Below, one piece after another: positions 28,370 to 37,411 of a DNA stretch of 64,000 bases (the first letter of the stretch is position 1; every line of letters begins with the position of its first letter). The stretch comes from Candidatus Hydrogenedentota bacterium (GTDB lineage Bacteria; Hydrogenedentota; Hydrogenedentia; Hydrogenedentales; JAEUWI01), in NCBI GenBank assembly GCA_034669905.1, contig JAXMOL010000001.1, positions 233,824 through 297,823 of the forward strand, given 5' to 3'. A model generated the notes under the pieces. It did no database searches. It was not told the origin of the DNA and saw only the letters and a program-made list of their open reading frames with translations. Made by a program: the position numbers and the translations under genes.

Positions 28370-29146
28370 CTATCTCAACGTCCCGCTGGCCCTCCAGCTA
28401 ACGCCACGGTAGTGGTCAATATACACGTCTGTAAACTGCGCCTCTGAAAACCATTGCGTCACACGTCTCTTGTCTATGAAATCAACTTGCGGTGCATTGA
28501 GCTTATCGAAAACATTAAGCAAATTACGTTCGAACGAAAGTTTCCGGAAGTTTTCAAAATAGGAGAAGTACGGTAAAAAGGAAAGTGGAAACCGGTAAAT
28601 CGTATAGACTGGAACGTACATTCCGATTGTCAACACTTGAGATATCAGCTTTAGGGTTGCGGTGCTGGAGCGAGCCAAAAACCTCGCTCTAAATCGCTCA
28701 ACTATATTCTTCGCTATCCAGTTACCTTCAAGGCTGTAGACCCAAACAATCATCCGACCACCTGGCGATAGGTGTTTCTTCATGTTCTCGACAGTCGAAT
28801 CTGGTTTATCGGTGTGATGAATTACACCGATAGAGAATACGATATCGAACTTCCTATCGAGATCCATCGTCGCGACATCTTCTTCTAGGAACTCAATATT
28901 GTCGGCATCTCTATTGCGTTGACGTGCCACCTCTGTTGCGTTGAGATCTACTGCCAACACGCTCTTCGCATGCGGGGCAATGAATGACGTATGCTGCCCC
29001 CCTCCGCAGCCGCATTCGAGTACATCTTTCCCTTCGAAAAAGGTGAGCGAATTGGGGTATATCCAGTCTTCAAACAAGAAACGTTCGTTGTCAGTGAATT
29101 CAGTCCACTGTTCTTTCCACTGGATCTGTTGCTCCTGCCTGTTCAT
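28370..29146 (-). CDS. Class I SAM-dependent methyltransferase (low-GC cassette)
   Basis: VLECGCGGG, FDIVFSIGVIHHT; start MNRQEQ after GAGGAG. Confidence 0.88.
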   Translation of the reverse strand: MNRQEQQIQWKEQWTEFTDNERFLFEDWIYPNSLTFFEGKDVLECGCGGGQHTSFIAPHAKSVLAVDLNATEVARQRNRDADNIEFLEEDVATMDLDRKFDIVFSIGVIHHTDKPDSTVENMKKHLSPGGRMIVWVYSLEGNWIAKNIVERFRARFLARSSTATLKLISQVLTIGMYVPVYTIYRFPLSFLPYFSYFENFRKLSFERNLLNVFDKLNAPQVDFIDKRRVTQWFSEAQFTDVYIDHYRGVSWRASGTLR

Positions 29147-29147
29147 A

Positions 29148-29789
29148 TCACTCCTCAATCTGGAATTCAGATTTACGGTATCTGGAGACAAAATGGAGAT
29201 TGCGGTCGAAGAGCCAGGAAAACGGATATGGATAGAGTCCCAGGCGGTTGACCGTCATTTCCAAGCGCAAGCCAACGGCCTCCACCGCGTCGCACCACTC
29301 TCCAGTTGAATAATAATTGTATGACAATCCAACACCGTGCCCCCGATTACCAACCCAATCCATCAAACACAAGGTAAAGTGGTCAATTAGCGAGTTGGAG
29401 AGGTGGTCTTTCAGGACTACACCAAACCTTGAGACTCTGGTCATCTCACGGAGCAGTTCAACAGGTTCATCGCAATGGTGCAAGACGTCGCAAGCCATAC
29501 AGAAGTCCCACTCTTCATCAGCAAAAGGTATGGAATGTCCGTCAAATTTGGTGGTCTCAATTGCTTGCTCTGGCCATAGCAGTACATCCACTCCCACCAT
29601 TCGAATGTCGGGCCTCTTTTTCATAATCAAGCTAGCAAGTTGACCATTCCCTGAACCCACGTCTAAAACGCTGACATTCTCTGGAAAAAACTCGACTAGA
29701 TGGCTGGCTAGCCTAGGAATTCTACGTGCCATCACGGTGGAACTATGAATCTGCCCTAGGGTTGATGTCCACAACTTAGTCCCGATCAT
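29148..29789 (-). CDS. Class I SAM-dependent methyltransferase (low-GC cassette)
   Basis: VLDVGSGNG, DVLHHC, DWVGN. Confidence 0.88.
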   Translation of the reverse strand: MIGTKLWTSTLGQIHSSTVMARRIPRLASHLVEFFPENVSVLDVGSGNGQLASLIMKKRPDIRMVGVDVLLWPEQAIETTKFDGHSIPFADEEWDFCMACDVLHHCDEPVELLREMTRVSRFGVVLKDHLSNSLIDHFTLCLMDWVGNRGHGVGLSYNYYSTGEWCDAVEAVGLRLEMTVNRLGLYPYPFSWLFDRNLHFVSRYRKSEFQIEE

Positions 29790-30030
29790 GTCAAAAATCT
29801 TTCACCTTGGACGAAGAAAGAACGGTCAGGATGTGACCGCGTCAACTACAGCTATCCGAAACATGCTACATGAAAAACCTATTTCAAAAAAATCTGTCGA
29901 AAAACATCCCTCAATCTCTACCCACCTTATTACCTCGGCCTGCTTGACCGAAGGCTTCATTTTCTCTCGGTATTGTCCAAGACGGGGACCGCGACGACCG
30001 GGTAGCCCCGTACCGAAGCGCATGACAACG

Positions 30031-30062
30031 AAACGGCCCCGGGATGTCTTCCGGGGCCGTTG
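30031..30062 (-). terminator. Hairpin terminator downstream of the DapA-like gene
   Basis: aaacggccccgg...ccggggccgttt. Confidence 0.75.
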
Positions 30063-30089
30063 CGTTATTTTCGTGATTCCATCGCAGGA

Positions 30090-31064
30090 TTAGTATTTTG
30101 CGAGGACGCTTTCCAATTGGGTCTTATAGGCGGCGTAGTCCGCGTCGGTCAGGGGGGTGGGATCCTGGCCGTAGGGATTGGGATTCATGGAGCGGAAGTA
30201 GGGCTTGACCGCAAATCCCTTTTCGGTGGCATAGCGCTTGTAGAAGTCGACGGGGTTGCCGCAACCATAGACCAGGGCGTTGGTGTCTTCCTGGGCTTGG
30301 AGGGCCGCCGCGCGGTCCCCGTTGTCGTAGGCGGTCTGGATGGCGTTGATGACCTTGGGGTTCACCGAGGAACCCTGGCCGATAACCGCCGCGGCGCCCG
30401 CATAAAGGCCCGCATAGAAGGCTGTCTCGCAACCGACGATATAGCTGAACTCTTTGTCGCGGGTTGCGTGGGTCAGGTTAAAGATGATTTCGGCGTCGGG
30501 CGTGGAAACCTTGGCACCGCAGAGGTTGTCGATGTCCGCGAGCTTGGCGAGGAGGTCCCCCGTGAGGTGGTACTCGGCCTTGGAGCCCGGCGGCTGGTAG
30601 ATGTAAAGGGGAATATCGATGGCTTCGCACATGGTGCCAAAGTAATCGAGAAAGAGCTCTTCTTTGCTGGCGCCATTAAATTCGAGGGCTTCCGGCACCG
30701 TGTGCACCACACCGGCGGCGCCCACCTCCTGGGCAAACTTACCGAGTTCCACGCCCTGCTTGATGAATTCTTCGGGATTCGGGCGCTTGGTGTAGTCCCG
30801 GTTCCACTCGCCGTTACAGCCGAGGAGAACGGGGGTCTTTCCGTTGAGGTGACCACATACGTTGGTGGCCAGCTGCTTCACATCATCCACGGAGAAGGCA
30901 TACATCTGGCCCATCCCGGCGCGGATGAAATAGGCGCTGACGCCCCCCTGCTGCTCCATAAAATCGATGAGGTTGCGCTGGCCGGCGTCGTCCAGGCTGC
31001 CGTCTTCGTTAAATGCGGTAAACGTGGGCGCAATGCTGCCACGGATGTGATCAGGTACGTTCAT
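30090..31064 (-). CDS. Dihydrodipicolinate synthase/N-acetylneuraminate lyase family class I aldolase
   Basis: TAFNEDGSLD, IYQPP (Tyr), GAKVS (Schiff-base Lys), GAAAVIG. Confidence 0.85.
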   Translation of the reverse strand: MNVPDHIRGSIAPTFTAFNEDGSLDDAGQRNLIDFMEQQGGVSAYFIRAGMGQMYAFSVDDVKQLATNVCGHLNGKTPVLLGCNGEWNRDYTKRPNPEEFIKQGVELGKFAQEVGAAGVVHTVPEALEFNGASKEELFLDYFGTMCEAIDIPLYIYQPPGSKAEYHLTGDLLAKLADIDNLCGAKVSTPDAEIIFNLTHATRDKEFSYIVGCETAFYAGLYAGAAAVIGQGSSVNPKVINAIQTAYDNGDRAAALQAQEDTNALVYGCGNPVDFYKRYATEKGFAVKPYFRSMNPNPYGQDPTPLTDADYAAYKTQLESVLAKY

Positions 31065-31267
31065 GATTGCTCTCTACCTCTTCTGAAAAATGGCGGAAGC
31101 CCACATTGACGGAGCGCGGGCCGGGTTGCCCAGTATGCCACAGGAAATGGCAACACTGCATATTTCTCCATGGTCTCAGAGCGCCATCGGGGGCGCCATC
31201 CCGGTCGGAATCGTGTGGGCCGGGAGAAATAGTTGACCCGTGTGAGACATTTTTTTCGGTCGGAAGC

Positions 31268-31297
31268 TTGAAGCACCCGCTTTTTTTATGTTAGTAT
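31268..31297 (+). promoter_or_regulatory. Sigma70 promoter for tRNA-Arg
   Basis: TTGAAG-18 nt-TAGTAT with extended -10 TG. Confidence 0.55.
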
Positions 31298-31320
31298 TTC
31301 CTTGCTTTGACGCAAGCTGC

Positions 31321-31397
31321 GTACCCGTAGCTCAATTGGATAGAGCACCTGACTACGGATCAGGAGGTTATGGGTTCGACTCCTATCGGGTACGCCA
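31321..31397 (+). tRNA. tRNA-Arg (ACG)
   Basis: Cloverleaf: GTACCCG/CGGGTAC acceptor stem, CCTGA-CT-ACG-GA-TCAGG anticodon arm, GGTTCGACTCC T-loop, encoded CCA. Confidence 0.97.
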
Positions 31398-31700
31398 TTT
31401 TTTTGCTTCTCTCAAGTAACCCAGCGGTTCAGCATAGTGGTTACTTTTTTCTTTTAGGCCGCCTCCATTCGCGAGGCGGCCTTCTCTTTTTCCCGCCCAT
31501 TCCATGGCTGCTCCGTTCCTCCCCGACCGTTTGTAAAGAGTTAATTCATAACGGTTTCTACACAAAAACTTCACACCCCAAAACCCAAACTACATGGTAT
31601 ACTTTTTTTGGCCATAAGGTGGTCAAAAGGGCAGTGCTTGTGCGAAGTGAGTTGATGCGCTGGCAGCGACGCATTGCAGTACTACACGGAGGTTTGCGTC

Positions 31701-31889
31701 ATGGAAATCTATGGAATCCCAGAAGACCCGTCTCTCATCACCCATTCCCGGGTACGTGCCTGGTGGCTCCACTCCTTGTGGGGATATCGGGTGCTCGATA
31801 TACGCCGTCACCCCAAGGCCGGGTGGTTTGGTCGCTTGTCGTATGATGAGGCCATCCGCATGATTCCGAACAAGTCGGAGCTGAATTAA
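31701..31889 (+). CDS. Small hypothetical protein (62 aa)
   Basis: GGAGG RBS 8 nt before ATG; MEIYGIPEDPSLITHSRVRAWWLHSLWGYR...; fills the gap up to a convergent stop. Confidence 0.55.
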   Translation: MEIYGIPEDPSLITHSRVRAWWLHSLWGYRVLDIRRHPKAGWFGRLSYDEAIRMIPNKSELN

Positions 31890-31896
31890 GACCGGT

Positions 31897-33777
31897 TCAG
31901 AATCGGGAGGGGTCGACGAGGAACACCGCCCCGTTGCCATCGGTGGCAATGGGCGCGAGCCAGTCGGCTGTACGGAGTTCCGCCAATACCCCCGCATCCA
32001 CGGGGCAGGTGGCAGGGCAGTAGACGTATTCGACGCACCACTCGGCGACGAATGCCTGTCGTGATTCCATATCCCCTTCTGGACTGAAGAACCGGTTGAC
32101 CGCCTCTTGCAATGGGCCCAGGCGCTGATCGCCGAGGTTCATGGCCCCCGGTCCACCTAAGATCTGATAGTCCCCCTGATGCACGAGGATTTCGCCAAAG
32201 GCGATGGGGGACCAGGAAGGGACCGCCACGGTGCCGGGCGGCAGGTGGCGTATAAGCCGTGTATCCGCCTCATCCATGTATTCATAGTGGAGCCAGGCAA
32301 AGGGGCCTTTTCCCGGTTCATGGCCCAGGGGCCCCTGAAACCAGAGGGCCGCGACGGTGTTGGACAGCACCCCTCCACCCAGCAACAACACCAGCCACAC
32401 CCGCCGCCAAGGTCCCTTCATCTGCTGCAATCCCACGGCCGTCATCAAGGCGAGCGGCACCCCCATCAATACCATGAGCCGTTGGGGACTGAAGCGCAGA
32501 AACCACCCCTGCCCCAGGGCGAGTAGGGACACCACCAGCACTCCCACCAGCCAAAGCAGTATCCAGCGATGGGGACTCTCCGCCCCACCGTCGTTGGCTT
32601 TACCCGTAACCCGGTGAAGCAGCACGTAGAGGGGCAGCAGGGTCACGAGGGCGCCGTCACTCGCCACTATGGCGGCATTCATGTCTCCCCCGGCCCGGAA
32701 ATTTCCAAACCACAGCTGATGCCCCAGATAGAGGAGGGTGTAACCGAGCAGGTAGGCGCCCAGGGCGGTAAGGCAACGCAGCAACGGGGTGGCCATGCCT
32801 GCGCGCACCCGACCCACGGCCACGGCCACGGCGGGCCAGTGAAACACGGTGCCAAAGAGCAGGGGCAAGAGGAGCACACAGTTGGGGGTGATATCGGCCA
32901 CATTGACCCCATAGTTTGGATGCTGCCAGAGCAGGGCGATAAAGATCGCCGACCCCACGACGACAGGCAGGGCCGTTGCCACCATGAGTTTGAGTCGGAA
33001 GGCCCATTCATTCTTGCTGCCTGCCGCAAGATAGAGGGCACCCAAGGCCCAAAACAGGGGGCCAAGCCGCAGATTCAGCACGGCGGCAACAAAGAGCAGA
33101 AACCCCGTGAAAAATAAATGGCCGGGACAGCGGCACCGGTCGGTTTCCACGAGGGCGGTGAGGGCCGCGAAGCCGAGGGCCAGTGGAAGGGTGTAGTAAA
33201 AGCGGGGCATCAGCAGTGCGGGCGCGAGGTGCTGCCCTTCGATGAGTTCGTATTGGGCGAAGCGGTAAAACCAGACTTCAAAGGCGGGGTCATGGAGTGC
33301 CCCCTGCGCCCAGGCCCCCAGGAACACCAGGCCCCCGACACCACCGGCCAGGGCATAGAGGTAAAAGGCCAGCGTCGCCTCCCGGGGGGCGACGCGCTGG
33401 AAGAAGCGGTAGACATTCCATAAAAGCAGAAAGCCGCCCAGTCCATTCGCGAGTCCGAGGAACAAGAAGGGCGCCACGCCGAGCATGCGCCCGAATTCAC
33501 CCAGCAGGCCGTAGAGTAAAAAAATGGGTACGGAAAAATAGCCGAAGTCACGCGGCCCCGCTTCGGCCTTGCACGTGGCGAAGGGCGACGCGAAACCGGT
33601 GGCGAAACTCTCCATGGCGATGAGGTGGTGGCTGCTGTCACCCGTGTGCACCCCCGTGGGCACCGCACCAGATGGTGTCGCCTGTAGAATCCAAAGGTGG
33701 GTCAGGGGTTCCAAGAGGGCCAACAGCACCATGACGCCATAGGGCAGCAGGGCTTTCCACGAGAACCGCTCAGACAT
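31897..33777 (-). CDS. Polytopic membrane protein, putative GT-C glycosyltransferase (paralog B)
   Basis: EPLTH, GVHTGD, YELIEG, PRFYYTLPL, WCVEYVYCP shared with the adjacent gene. Confidence 0.6.
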   Translation of the reverse strand: MSERFSWKALLPYGVMVLLALLEPLTHLWILQATPSGAVPTGVHTGDSSHHLIAMESFATGFASPFATCKAEAGPRDFGYFSVPIFLLYGLLGEFGRMLGVAPFLFLGLANGLGGFLLLWNVYRFFQRVAPREATLAFYLYALAGGVGGLVFLGAWAQGALHDPAFEVWFYRFAQYELIEGQHLAPALLMPRFYYTLPLALGFAALTALVETDRCRCPGHLFFTGFLLFVAAVLNLRLGPLFWALGALYLAAGSKNEWAFRLKLMVATALPVVVGSAIFIALLWQHPNYGVNVADITPNCVLLLPLLFGTVFHWPAVAVAVGRVRAGMATPLLRCLTALGAYLLGYTLLYLGHQLWFGNFRAGGDMNAAIVASDGALVTLLPLYVLLHRVTGKANDGGAESPHRWILLWLVGVLVVSLLALGQGWFLRFSPQRLMVLMGVPLALMTAVGLQQMKGPWRRVWLVLLLGGGVLSNTVAALWFQGPLGHEPGKGPFAWLHYEYMDEADTRLIRHLPPGTVAVPSWSPIAFGEILVHQGDYQILGGPGAMNLGDQRLGPLQEAVNRFFSPEGDMESRQAFVAEWCVEYVYCPATCPVDAGVLAELRTADWLAPIATDGNGAVFLVDPSRF

Positions 33778-35665
33778 GCCCAAGAGGCCCTTCGGGAAGG
33801 TTCACCCGATAGATGACAGCGTCGCCTTCCCAATCCACGGGGATAAGCCAGTGCGACCGATTAAATTGGTCGATCACCTCGGGGGCGACCGGACGGGTGG
33901 CGGGGCAATAGATGTAGTCTACACACCAGCCGGCCACGAAGGCCCGGCGCACCACGTCGGTGGTGGCGGGATCGAAGAACTCCTGCACCTTACGGGCCAT
34001 GGTCAGCATATTCACATCGCTGAATTCGAGACTGGGCTGTCCAAAGACCGTACGCGCATGGGGACGGCGCACGACGATCACGTCGCCCAACAAGGGCGGT
34101 TCCGAGGCGGGGGCAAGTACCGTGCCGCCCTCGATACGGTCGATAAGGGCGATGTCGTCGGGCAGAACCAGTTCGCTGTGGACCCAGCCAAAGGGCGAGG
34201 TGCCCGGAGTATGGCCCAGGGGGCCTTGAAAGCAGAGGGTAGACACGCCCAGGGAACAGAGGCCACACACGACAATCCAGCCCGTATAGGCGGTGGTCAG
34301 TCTGGGCAGGCGCGCGCGAAGCATGTGCAGGCCTTCGGCGGCGAGGAGGGCCATAGGCGCGCCCAACACGATGAGGCAGCGCTCGGGCATAAGCCGCAGG
34401 AACCAACCATTCCCAAATGCCGAAATCGCCAGGCAAGCCAGCCCCAAGAACCAGAGGGCAACCCAGCTTTCCGTGGCGGCCAGGGGGTTGCTGTCTGCCT
34501 TGCGAAAGAGCACGATGCTCCCCGGGATGATGCCCAACAGGGCCCAGTCACTGATAGCGATGGCGGCCGCCGTTTCACCACCGGAAAGAAAATTCCCATA
34601 CCAAACCTGATGGGCCACGTAGAGCGCAGCGAAGGTGAAACCATAGCCCGCCCCCCAACCGAGGAGGAGCCGTCCGCTCCAGGGTAGTTTCCCGAGATGC
34701 TTCCAGAGCGCTACGAGCACCGGGGGCCAGAGCCAGAGGGTGGCGGTGATGAGGGAGCCGAACCACGCGCTGCGGCGGAGCAACTCGGAAAAGTTTTCGG
34801 CACCGGTCACGTTGAGTCCAAAGAGGGCCTGCATCACCAGGGTAGCCACCACGGTCGGTACGAGGTAGTAGATCACGTAGCGAAGTTTCTGCTTCCATGG
34901 CAGGCCCGGCTGGACGAGCATGAAGCAGGCGGCCACGCCCCAGAGGAGCAGACCGACCCGGGCATTCAGATAGGTCGTGAGCAGTTGGAGCAGGATAGCC
35001 CCCATGGACGGCATGGAAAGTCCCCGACTCATGGAGCCAATATAGGCGACCAGGGCCGCGAAGCCAATGCCGAGGGGCAGGGTGTAATAGAGCCGCGGCA
35101 GGACCAGCACGGGGGACAGAAAGGGGCCTTCGATCAGTTCATAGCGGGCGAAGCGATGAAACCAGGTTTCAAAATCGGCGGTATCACTTACCCCCCACGC
35201 CCAACTGGCGAGCCAGACCATGCCCCCCAGACCGCCACTGAGGGTGAAGAGCAGGAAGGCCAGGGACGCACGCTCTGGGGCAACGACGCGAAAGAAGCGC
35301 CACACCATGGCGAGAAAAAAGGCGGCAGCGAATCCATTTGCAATCCCCAGGGTCAGAAAGGGGGCCAGTCCCACGAGCCGCCCCACCCAACCAATGGCGG
35401 CGTAGAGCCAATGGTGCGGCAGGGCAAAGAGCGCGGGGTCCCGTCGTGCATCTTCCGTATCGCAGGCGAGATAGGGCGAGTAGAATCCGTTCCCGAAGAC
35501 TTCCATATCGGTGGTAAAAAAAGGTGTGTCACCAATGTGAAAGCCCGAGTGGGCCACATCCTCCCCCAGGCCGTGGGCCAGCCACACATGGGTCAGGGGC
35601 TCGATAAGGGCGAATGCGACGATAATACCGACAATCCACCAGGGAGTCTTCGCACTATAGGCCAC
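33770..35665 (-). CDS. Polytopic membrane protein, putative GT-C glycosyltransferase (paralog A)
   Basis: EPLTH, GFHIGD, YELIEG, PRLYYTLPL, WCVDYIYCP; GTG start after GAGGAG. Confidence 0.6.
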   Translation of the reverse strand: MAYSAKTPWWIVGIIVAFALIEPLTHVWLAHGLGEDVAHSGFHIGDTPFFTTDMEVFGNGFYSPYLACDTEDARRDPALFALPHHWLYAAIGWVGRLVGLAPFLTLGIANGFAAAFFLAMVWRFFRVVAPERASLAFLLFTLSGGLGGMVWLASWAWGVSDTADFETWFHRFARYELIEGPFLSPVLVLPRLYYTLPLGIGFAALVAYIGSMSRGLSMPSMGAILLQLLTTYLNARVGLLLWGVAACFMLVQPGLPWKQKLRYVIYYLVPTVVATLVMQALFGLNVTGAENFSELLRRSAWFGSLITATLWLWPPVLVALWKHLGKLPWSGRLLLGWGAGYGFTFAALYVAHQVWYGNFLSGGETAAAIAISDWALLGIIPGSIVLFRKADSNPLAATESWVALWFLGLACLAISAFGNGWFLRLMPERCLIVLGAPMALLAAEGLHMLRARLPRLTTAYTGWIVVCGLCSLGVSTLCFQGPLGHTPGTSPFGWVHSELVLPDDIALIDRIEGGTVLAPASEPPLLGDVIVVRRPHARTVFGQPSLEFSDVNMLTMARKVQEFFDPATTDVVRRAFVAGWCVDYIYCPATRPVAPEVIDQFNRSHWLIPVDWEGDAVIYRVNLPEGPLGHV

Positions 35666-36647
35666 GAATATCGTCTCCTCGTTCCAGCAGGGCCTGCATG
35701 GCATCGTCCCCAAGCGTTCGCCGGGCACCCAAGGCACGTCGGGCCCGAATAGCGGCGGGCATACGGCGCATCAGGCCGCCCCACGCAGACAGGGTTACCA
35801 CCAGGGCCGCCGCAGCACCCCATTCATTCCGGGCCACGGAAAAAAGCCGTGCCCACTGGTGGCACCGTTCTTTCAGCAGGGCCCGTCGGTTTCGCCACAG
35901 CAGTCTCCAGGTGAAATTCTTCCACACCAGCAGGGCGTGATTCTGAAAGCACTGTCGGGTACGCCACCAGATTCGCCCCTGAATACTGGCACTGCCCACG
36001 TGGAAGGCCACGGCGTCGGGAACGAGCGCGGCTTCATGGCCCGCCCACCGGGCCCGAAAACACCAGTCGGCATCCTCAAAATAAGCCACAAAGGTGTTGT
36101 CCAGCAACCCGATCGCTTCCAACATATCGCGACGAAAGAGGCCATAACCGCCGGAAATTCCGAAGGGCGGCGCGAACTCGGTCACCGCCTCGCGGGAACA
36201 TTTGTAGGCCAGACTGACGGGACGTCCATTCACCCCGATGCGGTCCCCCGCGCTGTAGATCAGTTGGGGGTCTTCGGTCCAGAGCACCAGCGGACAAATC
36301 ATGCCATACCTTCCCTCACGGGCACATGCCAGGAGTTTCTCAATACACTGCGCTTCCAGTGTAACATCGTTATTGAGCAGGAACACCCAGGGGGCCCGGG
36401 CCATCACCAACCCCTGGTTGGCCGTGGGCGCGAACCCCCGATTCACCGGGGACACCACGCACTTCACGTGGGGATAGGCTTCCGCCAGCCGGGCCGGCGT
36501 ATCGTCCGTTGAGCCATCGTCCACCACGATGATCTCCATGTCCTGATGGGTCTGCCTGGCGAGGGACTGGAGGCAGGCTTCGAGCAGCTCCCAGCCATTC
36601 CACGTGGGGATCACGACCGAAAGTTCGGGTACGGTAGGGGCGCTCAT
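35655..36647 (-). CDS. GT2 family glycosyltransferase
   Basis: SVVIPTWN, VVDDGSTD, LLNNDV, YFEDADWCFR. Confidence 0.92.
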   Translation of the reverse strand: MSAPTVPELSVVIPTWNGWELLEACLQSLARQTHQDMEIIVVDDGSTDDTPARLAEAYPHVKCVVSPVNRGFAPTANQGLVMARAPWVFLLNNDVTLEAQCIEKLLACAREGRYGMICPLVLWTEDPQLIYSAGDRIGVNGRPVSLAYKCSREAVTEFAPPFGISGGYGLFRRDMLEAIGLLDNTFVAYFEDADWCFRARWAGHEAALVPDAVAFHVGSASIQGRIWWRTRQCFQNHALLVWKNFTWRLLWRNRRALLKERCHQWARLFSVARNEWGAAAALVVTLSAWGGLMRRMPAAIRARRALGARRTLGDDAMQALLERGDDIRGL

Positions 36648-37411
36648 CGGCCACGTTCCCGGGGGCTAATCCAGAGGAGGGCCCGGTAGCAGGTACCGAA
36701 GTGGAGACGGGACAGCACGGGCACCGACCAGCGCAACAAGACCTGGGTGATCGCATTGCCGCGTCCCGGCCAATTGCACATGAGGATGCGCCACATGCCT
36801 TCCCAGGCCCAGAGACTGGCATTGCCACTCCGGGTAATCTGGTAGTCCTCCCCCGCCTTGGCCTGAAGGTCGCGGGCCACTTCGGTGCCATCGGGAAGTC
36901 CCTGATCGACGTGTTCCTCGAGCCAGCGAATGGTGCCCCCGCACAGGTCGTGGTAGGCCGTGCGAATCCGGGTCTCGGCTTCGCTGGACGCCGCACCTGA
37001 CGGAAAGCCTATGGCCCCCACGCCGTCGGGTTTCAGCACCCGCAGAATTTCCCCATTGGCCGTCTCCCGGTGGGGCCGGGCGATGTGTTCGTAGGTATCC
37101 ATACACACCACGGCATCGAAGGTACCCTCCGCAAAGGGCAGGGCCCCGATGTCGGCCACGACCGGCAACACCTTTTGGGTGTCGCGGGCCGCCTTCAGGT
37201 GCTCGGCGGCAATATCGATGGCAATGACCTGGGCCCCCGTAAATCGGGCCAGGCCATTCTCATTGGCCCCCACTTCGAGGAGGCACTGCGCCTTCCAGGG
37301 GCGATTGGGGAATCGGCGCAGCACCGGCAGGTAGCGCAAGGCCCAGTCCGGATAACCCCGGCCATCTTTCTCGGCGTAGTCACGCAGTCGGCGGCTCAGT
37401 TCACGCAGCAT
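36644..37411 (-). CDS. Class I SAM-dependent methyltransferase
   Basis: LLEVGAN, LPFAEGTFDAVVCMDTYEH, RVLKPDG; coupled to GT2 by an ATGA overlap. Confidence 0.85.
   Translation of the reverse strand: MLRELSRRLRDYAEKDGRGYPDWALRYLPVLRRFPNRPWKAQCLLEVGANENGLARFTGAQVIAIDIAAEHLKAARDTQKVLPVVADIGALPFAEGTFDAVVCMDTYEHIARPHRETANGEILRVLKPDGVGAIGFPSGAASSEAETRIRTAYHDLCGGTIRWLEEHVDQGLPDGTEVARDLQAKAGEDYQITRSGNASLWAWEGMWRILMCNWPGRGNAITQVLLRWSVPVLSRLHFGTCYRALLWISPRERGR

Noticed and set aside
31321..31397. tRNA-Arg as the attachment site of an integrated element
   Set aside because: No integrase and no duplicated tRNA 3' end seen in the window.
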